Assembly (NCBI GenBank): GCA_963675295.2
Contig: CAXXKJ010000002.1
Span: 3,936,001-4,000,000, forward strand
Reading direction: 5' to 3'
DNA length: 64,000 nucleotides
DNA from: a bacterium
Lineage (GTDB): Bacteria > Electryoneota > Electryoneia > Electryoneales > Electryoneaceae
Shown in pieces: positions 57,927 to 64,000 of the stretch. Within the stretch, counting starts at the first letter, position 1. Each line of letters opens with the position of its first letter. The position numbers and the translations under genes were made by a program. The notes beneath the pieces are model-generated. The model was not told where the DNA came from. It searched no databases and saw nothing but the letters and a program-made list of their open reading frames with translations.

Positions 57927-57958
57927 GCGCCGGCCCTTCCGGGGGCCGGCGCTTTTTT
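57927..57958 (+). terminator. Attenuator terminator upstream of trpB2
   Basis: gcgccggccc-ttccgg-gggccggcgc followed by TTTTTT, about 45 nt before the trpB2 start. Confidence 0.85.
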
Positions 57959-58003
57959 GTTGCCTGAAAACGATGAAGCATACAAACGCAAGGAGATGTA
58001 CCG

Positions 58004-59389
58004 ATGGAAAGGACGAAGTACCAGTTGCCGGAAAACGAGATCCCGTCCGCTTATTACAACATCGCGGCCGATTTGCCTGAACCGTTGGCACCTGTGATTC
58101 ACCCGGCGACAAAGCAGCCGATCGGACCGGACGACCTCGCGCCGTTGTTTCCGATGAGCCTGATCGAGCAGGAGGTGAGCACGGAACGGGAGATCGAGAT
58201 TCCGGAACCGGTACGCGACGCCTACCGCCTGTATCGTCCGACGCCGCTGATTCGAGCGTTGCGTCTCGAACGGGCGCTGGATACACCGGCGAAGATCTAC
58301 TTCAAGCACGAGGGCGTCAGTCCCGCGGGGTCGCACAAGCCGAACACGGCGATCGCGCAGGCATTTTATAACAAGCAGGCAGGTGTGAAACGGTTGTCCA
58401 CCGAAACCGGCGCGGGCCAGTGGGGTTCGGCGCTGGCGTTGGCCGGGTCGATGTTCGGCCTTGAGATCAGCGTGTACATGGTGAAGGCGTCGTTTACGCA
58501 GAAGCCGTACCGCAAGAGTATGATGGAAACCTGGGGCGCATCCGTTCTGGCGAGTCCGAGTGACCGCACCAATGCCGGCCGCAAGGTGCTGGCGGAGATG
58601 CCGGACTCGCCGGGCAGCCTCGGGATTGCGATTTCGGAAGCGGTTGAGGAGGCAGCAACACGGGACGACACGAACTACGCCCTCGGGTCGGTGCTCAATC
58701 ACGTGTTGCTGCACCAGACCGTGATCGGGCTGGAAACGAAGAAGCAGCTCGAGCTTGCCGGTGATGCGCCGGACATCATGATCGCCTGCGTTGGCGGCGG
58801 CTCGAACTTCGGCGGCTTCGCGTTCCCGTTCATCGCGGACAAGATTCACGGTAAGTCGTCGACGCGGTTCATCGCCGTCGAACCGGAAGCCGCGCCGAGC
58901 CTGACTCGTGGCGAATACACGTACGATTTCGGCGACACGGCGATGTCAACGCCGTTGATGAAGATGCACACGCTCGGCCATGACTTCATCCCCGAACCGA
59001 TTCACGCCGGCGGGTTGCGGTATCACGGCATGGCGCCGTTGATCTGCCACCTCTACGATCTCGGTTTGATGGAGGCGGTGGCGGTGCATCAGAAGCCGGT
59101 TTTCGAGGCGGCGGTGCTGTTTGCCCGGACTGAGGGCATCCTCCCCGCACCGGAATCGAGCCACGCGATCCGTGTCGCGGTTGACGAGGCCTTGAAGTGC
59201 AAGGAAAGCGGCGAAGCGAAGACGATCGTGTTCGATCTCAGCGGGCACGGCCACTTCGACCTCTCGGCATATGATGCGTACAACGCCAACACATTGACCG
59301 ATACCGAGTTTAACCCGCAGGCGTCCAAAGCAGCGCTGGAGAAGACGCCACGGCTGAAAAGTGCCCCGCAGATGGGGATCATGATGTAG
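58004..59389 (+). CDS. trpB2: Type 2 tryptophan synthase beta (TrpB2)
   Basis: [17 protein letters not shown] lysine, [41 protein letters not shown]; no trpA nearby. Confidence 0.95.
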   Translation: MERTKYQLPENEIPSAYYNIAADLPEPLAPVIHPATKQPIGPDDLAPLFPMSLIEQEVSTEREIEIPEPVRDAYRLYRPTPLIRALRLERALDTPAKIYFKHEGVSPAGSHKPNTAIAQAFYNKQAGVKRLSTETGAGQWGSALALAGSMFGLEISVYMVKASFTQKPYRKSMMETWGASVLASPSDRTNAGRKVLAEMPDSPGSLGIAISEAVEEAATRDDTNYALGSVLNHVLLHQTVIGLETKKQLELAGDAPDIMIACVGGGSNFGGFAFPFIADKIHGKSSTRFIAVEPEAAPSLTRGEYTYDFGDTAMSTPLMKMHTLGHDFIPEPIHAGGLRYHGMAPLICHLYDLGLMEAVAVHQKPVFEAAVLFARTEGILPAPESSHAIRVAVDEALKCKESGEAKTIVFDLSGHGHFDLSAYDAYNANTLTDTEFNPQASKAALEKTPRLKSAPQMGIMM

Positions 59390-59596
59390 TCAACGAAGCT
59401 CCGGTTTCCTGGCCGGAGAACAAGCGAGCAGAGTACAAACGATTCCTCCTGGTTATCTCTACCCCCAGGCGCCGGGTCCTTCACCTTCCCCATGTGGACC
59501 CGGCGCGCTTCTTTTTTTCGAGTTTTACTACGCGAAACGTTGCCCATTTCCGCTATATTCAGCCGATCGGTTGAACACAGAAACTGTTGATAAACC

Positions 59597-60442
59597 ATGA
59601 ACCCACTGGATTTCACCACCATTCGGACGGATCAGCCGCATCCAATGCTGCTGATCGCCGGGCCGTGCGTGCTCGAGAACGAACCGTTGACGCTGCGGAT
59701 CGCCGAAACGATCCGTGAACTCACCGAGCGGTACCAGATTCCGTATGTCTTCAAGGCGTCGTTCGACAAAGCGAACCGCACCTCCGGCGGCTCGAAACGC
59801 GGGCCGGGGATGGCGGAAGGGCTGGCAATGCTGGCGAAGGTGCGCGAGGAGTTCGGACTGCCGGTGACCACCGACGTGCACGACGTGCAGCAGGTGGCGG
59901 ACGTCGCGGCGACGGTCGATTTGTTGCAGATCCCGGCATTTCTCTGCCGTCAGACGGACCTGCTGATCGCGGCAGGCGCGTCCGGCAAGCCGGTGAACGT
60001 CAAGAAGGGCCAGTTTATGGCGCCGGAGGACATGCAGTACGCGGTGGATAAGGTCAAACTGGGCGGCGGCGAGGTGGTTTTCCTCACCGAACGCGGGACC
60101 AGCTTCGGGTATCGCAACCTCGTGGTGGATATGCGTTCGTTGCCGATCATGCGTCAGTCGGCGCCGGTGATTTTCGACGGTACGCACTCGGTGCAGATGC
60201 CAGGCGGTGCCGGCGGCAAGACCGGCGGAAAGCGGGAAATGGTGCCATACCTGGTGCGTGCGGCGCTGGCGGCGGGGATCGACGGGCTGTTCCTCGAGGT
60301 GCATCCTGATCCTGACAGCAGCCCCAGCGACGGGCCGAACATGATCACCCCGGCGACGCTGGAATCCAATCTCTCCCAATGGCTTGACCTCTATCAGATC
60401 GGTTCCTCTGCCGCGGCTTCATCCAACGCGGCCCGTACATGA
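59597..60442 (+). CDS. kdsA: KDO8P synthase
   Basis: IAGPCVLE, KASFDKANRTS, QIPAFLCRQT, KKGQF, ERG, DGTHS, SDG. Confidence 0.96.
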   Translation: MNPLDFTTIRTDQPHPMLLIAGPCVLENEPLTLRIAETIRELTERYQIPYVFKASFDKANRTSGGSKRGPGMAEGLAMLAKVREEFGLPVTTDVHDVQQVADVAATVDLLQIPAFLCRQTDLLIAAGASGKPVNVKKGQFMAPEDMQYAVDKVKLGGGEVVFLTERGTSFGYRNLVVDMRSLPIMRQSAPVIFDGTHSVQMPGGAGGKTGGKREMVPYLVRAALAAGIDGLFLEVHPDPDSSPSDGPNMITPATLESNLSQWLDLYQIGSSAAASSNAART

Positions 60443-61521
60443 GTATCTCCCTGCTCCCTGTTCCGAAAGTGGTCATTACCGGCGGTCTAGGCGGGTTGGG
60501 GACCACTCTGGCGCTGGCGCTACGGGTGGAAAATGTGCCGGTCACGGTGATTGACGTGCTCCACCCCGGCTGTGCACCGCACCCGGCGTTTGAACACCGG
60601 AAGGCCGTGCTGGAAAACGCCGGTGTCGAGGTACGCCTGGAAGACATGCGGCTGCCGGACTTGCCTGCCGAGGTGCTGGTAGCGGCGAACCGGTATGAGT
60701 CGCCGTTGCCGCCGTTGTGGCTGCATTGCGCATTTCCACCACCACCGGATGTGCCGGACGTGCCGTTGGAAAGCTATCAGCAGCTGGCGTACGACGCCCC
60801 GGCGCAGTGGATCGAGTATGCGATGGAACGCGGCTGGTGGTGGATGGTGATGCAGCACCTGCCGGCGGTGTTGTCGGACGACGCCCGGCTGCATTACCCG
60901 GCCTGGCGGGCAATCTTCGACGCCGAGAGCAAACTGCGGCAGGAGTTCTTCCGCGATGTGATGCTGAAACAGCAGATGGGCCTGTTCCCGTTCCTGCCGG
61001 AGTTGTTCGGCCATCACCAATCTCCGCACACGATGCCATTACGGCAGTATCTGCAAATCCTTGCAGGACGGGATGTGTCGGTGTGCGCATTCGACAAGCC
61101 GTGGAGCGTATCGTCGCTGGATTCGACCGCCCGGGATCTGCTGCAGGTGCTGCAATCCTTTGCGGCGAGCCAGGGGATTGATGTCGAACAAAGGCCAAAC
61201 ACCAATCCGGACCTTCTCGCCCGTGGTGAAGATTGGATCCTGCACCTGCGTGTGCTGCTGCAGTTGAGCCATTTGCGGGTAAAGTCTGATCAATCGCCGG
61301 GCAGTTACTACCCCACCGACGCTATCGGCCATCGCTTGGCGCAATTGCCTGAATTCCAGGAAACGGGCTTTGCAATTCTCGCGGCGGAAGAGATTCGGCG
61401 TGTCAGTCTCGATGATGTGCGCAACTTGATTGCGGGCTGGGGCGAGCTGCCGTGGATGCCTCCTCCCGACTGGCCGAAGCAGGTCAGTGGTGGACGAGGC
61501 CGGAGAAAACGAAAATCCTGA
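60439..61521 (+). CDS. Hypothetical protein with N-terminal Rossmann motif (degenerate epimerase/SDR-like)
   Basis: VVITGGLGGLG...VTVID; ATGA overlap with kdsA. Confidence 0.6.
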   Translation: MSISLLPVPKVVITGGLGGLGTTLALALRVENVPVTVIDVLHPGCAPHPAFEHRKAVLENAGVEVRLEDMRLPDLPAEVLVAANRYESPLPPLWLHCAFPPPPDVPDVPLESYQQLAYDAPAQWIEYAMERGWWWMVMQHLPAVLSDDARLHYPAWRAIFDAESKLRQEFFRDVMLKQQMGLFPFLPELFGHHQSPHTMPLRQYLQILAGRDVSVCAFDKPWSVSSLDSTARDLLQVLQSFAASQGIDVEQRPNTNPDLLARGEDWILHLRVLLQLSHLRVKSDQSPGSYYPTDAIGHRLAQLPEFQETGFAILAAEEIRRVSLDDVRNLIAGWGELPWMPPPDWPKQVSGGRGRRKRKS

Positions 61522-61598
61522 CCTTTGCGTAACCTGTTGCCGTATGTACTTTACGGCTTCCCTAACTCAACCGTTTCTGGTAAAGGATTACGACCGGA

Positions 61599-63302
61599 AT
61601 GAATCAGGAATCTTCGAGTCCGTCGCAGCCGGATCAGGCCCCAGACGCACCGCAGGCCGCTGCTGCACAGAACGCGACGGGTGAAAAATTCCGTCGTGGA
61701 CGTGGCCGTGGCGGCGGTGGCCGCCAGATGTTGAAAAACCTCGCCACGAATTTCCTTGCCATCACCGTGCAGATGCTGCTCGGGATGGTGCTGACACGCT
61801 TCCTGATTCGCACCCTCGGGCCCGCGGAATACGGTGTCGTGCCGCTGTCGTTCCAGCTGATGACGTTCCTGACGCTGGTCACTTCCAGCGTGAACGCGTC
61901 GGTCGGTCGCTTCCTCACAATTGAGATGACCCGCAACGATCTGCAGGCAGCGCGCGGGACATTCAACTCGTCGTTCTGGGGTCTGCTGCTGGTGTTCACC
62001 GTGTTGATCCCGGTGGCGGTGGGCTTTGCGTGGCTCTCCCCAAGCATCCTGAAATTTGCACCGGGCTCGGAAGCGGCGTCCCAACGGGTGCTGCTGGCAA
62101 CGATGTTCTCGTTCTTCACGGTGACAGCGTCCAGCAACATCATGATCACCGCGTTCGCCCGCAACCGGCTGGATCTGCAGAACTATGTGCGGATCGCTTG
62201 GCATGTCACCCGTGTCAGCACCCCGCTGGCGTTGGTTGGGTGGTTCGGCTGGGGGCTGGACGGCGTCAGCGTCGGTATCGTACTCGGCGCGACCATACAC
62301 ATGATCTTCAGCATCCGGACCTGGAGGCGGTTGAATCCGGAACTGAAGTTGACTCCGAAACTGTTCAGCAAGAAACGGTTCCTGGAGTTGACGGACATGA
62401 GTGTCTGGCTGATGATGGACAAGATCGGCCGGGTGCTGCAGTTCAACGCCAGCATTCTCGTGGTCAACATCATCCTCGGCGCGGCGGCTGCGGGTAAGTA
62501 TGGCGCGATCATGATCTTCGGCCGCAGCCTGATTATGTACAACCGGTCAATGCGTCTGGTCGCGACTCCGGTTGTGTACGCCATGTACGGCCGCGGTGAA
62601 TTCGATCAGATGAAGAAGTTCCTGATCAGCTTCGTCCGGTTTGAGGGTATCATGCTCGCGTTGCCGCTGGCGGGCTTGATCGTGATGGCGGAACCGTTGC
62701 TGACCATCTGGCTCGGTGCGGAATACGCGGATCTTGCGCCGGTGGTGATCTGGATGATGGTCGGGCTGATCGTCACCATGCCGAATGTGCCGGTGCGGAT
62801 CATCTTCGCCGCGACAAAGAATGTGCGTGAGCCCGGGATTCTGTCAATGGCAACCGGGATCATCAACATCCTCGTCTCGATCTACATGGTTCATCCGACC
62901 TGGGGCCTGAACATGGGCCTGGTCGCGATGCCGCTGTCGGCGCTGTTCACGACGCAGCTGAAGAACTGGTTGTTCCCGCCGTTGTACGCGGCACATGTGA
63001 TGAAGTACAAATGGCACACGTTCTTTGTGCCGTTTGTCCGCATCGCCATTTCGTACGCGTTCATCCTCGGTCTTGCGTGGGGGCTGCGCTGGCTGTTCCA
63101 GCCGGATTCGTGGCTGGATCTGATTTTGGCTGGCCTGATCGCGATGGTGATCTACCTGCCGGTCGGCTTCTTCGTGCTGATGACGAAGGAAGACCGCGAC
63201 CACATCAAGATGGTGCGGAAACGCCGTGGCCGGCGTGGTCCGGCGGCTGCAGGTGAAGATCCTGCCGATCCGGCCACCCATGTCGACACCAGCATGGACT
63301 AG
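61599..63302 (+). CDS. Polysaccharide flippase (Wzx/MOP family)
   Basis: NLATN, RTLGPAEYG, many TM helices, LLTIWLG. Confidence 0.88.
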   Translation: MNQESSSPSQPDQAPDAPQAAAAQNATGEKFRRGRGRGGGGRQMLKNLATNFLAITVQMLLGMVLTRFLIRTLGPAEYGVVPLSFQLMTFLTLVTSSVNASVGRFLTIEMTRNDLQAARGTFNSSFWGLLLVFTVLIPVAVGFAWLSPSILKFAPGSEAASQRVLLATMFSFFTVTASSNIMITAFARNRLDLQNYVRIAWHVTRVSTPLALVGWFGWGLDGVSVGIVLGATIHMIFSIRTWRRLNPELKLTPKLFSKKRFLELTDMSVWLMMDKIGRVLQFNASILVVNIILGAAAAGKYGAIMIFGRSLIMYNRSMRLVATPVVYAMYGRGEFDQMKKFLISFVRFEGIMLALPLAGLIVMAEPLLTIWLGAEYADLAPVVIWMMVGLIVTMPNVPVRIIFAATKNVREPGILSMATGIINILVSIYMVHPTWGLNMGLVAMPLSALFTTQLKNWLFPPLYAAHVMKYKWHTFFVPFVRIAISYAFILGLAWGLRWLFQPDSWLDLILAGLIAMVIYLPVGFFVLMTKEDRDHIKMVRKRRGRRGPAAAGEDPADPATHVDTSMD

Positions 63303-63329
63303 ACAGCTTTTTTACCACAGTGAGCAACC

Positions 63330-63356
63330 AAGGCCCGGATGATTCCGGGCCTTTTG
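63330..63356. terminator. Terminator between convergent genes
   Basis: aaggcccgga-tgat-tccgggcctttt. Confidence 0.8.
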
Positions 63357-63379
63357 CATGTCACCGTTCCGGCAGAGGA

Positions 63380-63892
63380 TTACCGGTCACCTTCGTCAAG
63401 GGCGACGAGGTACTTGTCAGGATTGGCCTTGAACTGGTCGCGATTCTCTTCGTTGACGAAGAAATAGCGCTTGTGGCCGATCTTGACTGACTTCGTCTGG
63501 TTCGAGAGAGTACCGGTCTCGCCGTTCACCGGATCGCGGTAGGTCGCGCCACTTGATCCATAGGTCAACAGGTTCGCAGGCACGAAAAACGAGTCGCCAA
63601 GGTATTTTTCCGGCATGCTGGTCAGCTTCGCCTGCTCGCTGGGGTGGCAGAGGTAGAAGGTTTCGCCATCCACCACGGCATGTCCCTGCGCTTCATCCAT
63701 CGTGTGCATCATATGGCACACCGGGCAGGTAAAAAGCGTTTCGCCATCGTTAGCGGTCCACGTGTTGCCGTCAACCACGGTCTTTTTCATCTCCGGGTTG
63801 GCCTGCTGCGCGTGCGGATCGTTGGCACTCGCACTGCCGAACCCGGTCACCAGGAACAGCATGGCAAGGATTGCCATCTTGATCGTCTTCAT
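63380..63892 (-). CDS. Exported protein with two YHS/TRASH-like domains
   Basis: Signal peptide; CPVCHM...GETFYLC...PEKY and DPVNG...YFFV...FKANPDKY. Confidence 0.82.
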   Translation of the reverse strand: MKTIKMAILAMLFLVTGFGSASANDPHAQQANPEMKKTVVDGNTWTANDGETLFTCPVCHMMHTMDEAQGHAVVDGETFYLCHPSEQAKLTSMPEKYLGDSFFVPANLLTYGSSGATYRDPVNGETGTLSNQTKSVKIGHKRYFFVNEENRDQFKANPDKYLVALDEGDR

Positions 63893-64000
63893 CGTTGTAT
63901 CTCCTTCAATCGAAATGCGTGCGTTTTGGAGTTGCCTCACCCGCCAAAATTGGCGGAGAAGGTGAGCATCACGGTTCGTCCCAACTGCGGGCCGTAGATC

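Overview
A GC-rich chromosomal window from a diderm, probably anaerobic bacterium. Secreted beta-propeller proteins with NPFN(P)-type C-terminal sorting domains and PorV/FadL-like barrels suggest an FCB-group lineage (inference). Recognisable content: YknWXYZ/MacAB-TolC efflux operon, cbpA-htpG, pruA, frameshifted prfB, lutABC, rfbB, fetAB, korDABC, alr, fur/perR, peroxiredoxin, dps, tRNA-Met, trpB2, kdsA and a flippase. Accessory content: five secreted propeller paralogs, an IS200 element, and an AT-rich HNH gene facing an EEP nuclease. The most interesting signals are not in the ORF track. (1) A WWYWF leader-peptide attenuator precedes a stand-alone trpB2. (2) REP-like hairpin families are dense; one shares its GCAAGC apex with the IS200 end hairpins, and a composite ~180-bp direct repeat brackets a two-gene Fe-S cassette. 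(3) A shared ATAGGA-N5-TCCTAT palindrome lies upstream of dps, fur/perR and peroxiredoxin. (4) cbpA has a complete J-domain but no canonical start (ATC candidate). (5) A cryptic in-frame KIVLVK sorting tail sits behind an amber stop. (6) A candidate pseudoknotted leader RNA precedes a PorV-like gene. No CRISPR array, prophage or integrase was found. GC statements are by eye, and family calls are from motif recognition, not database searches.
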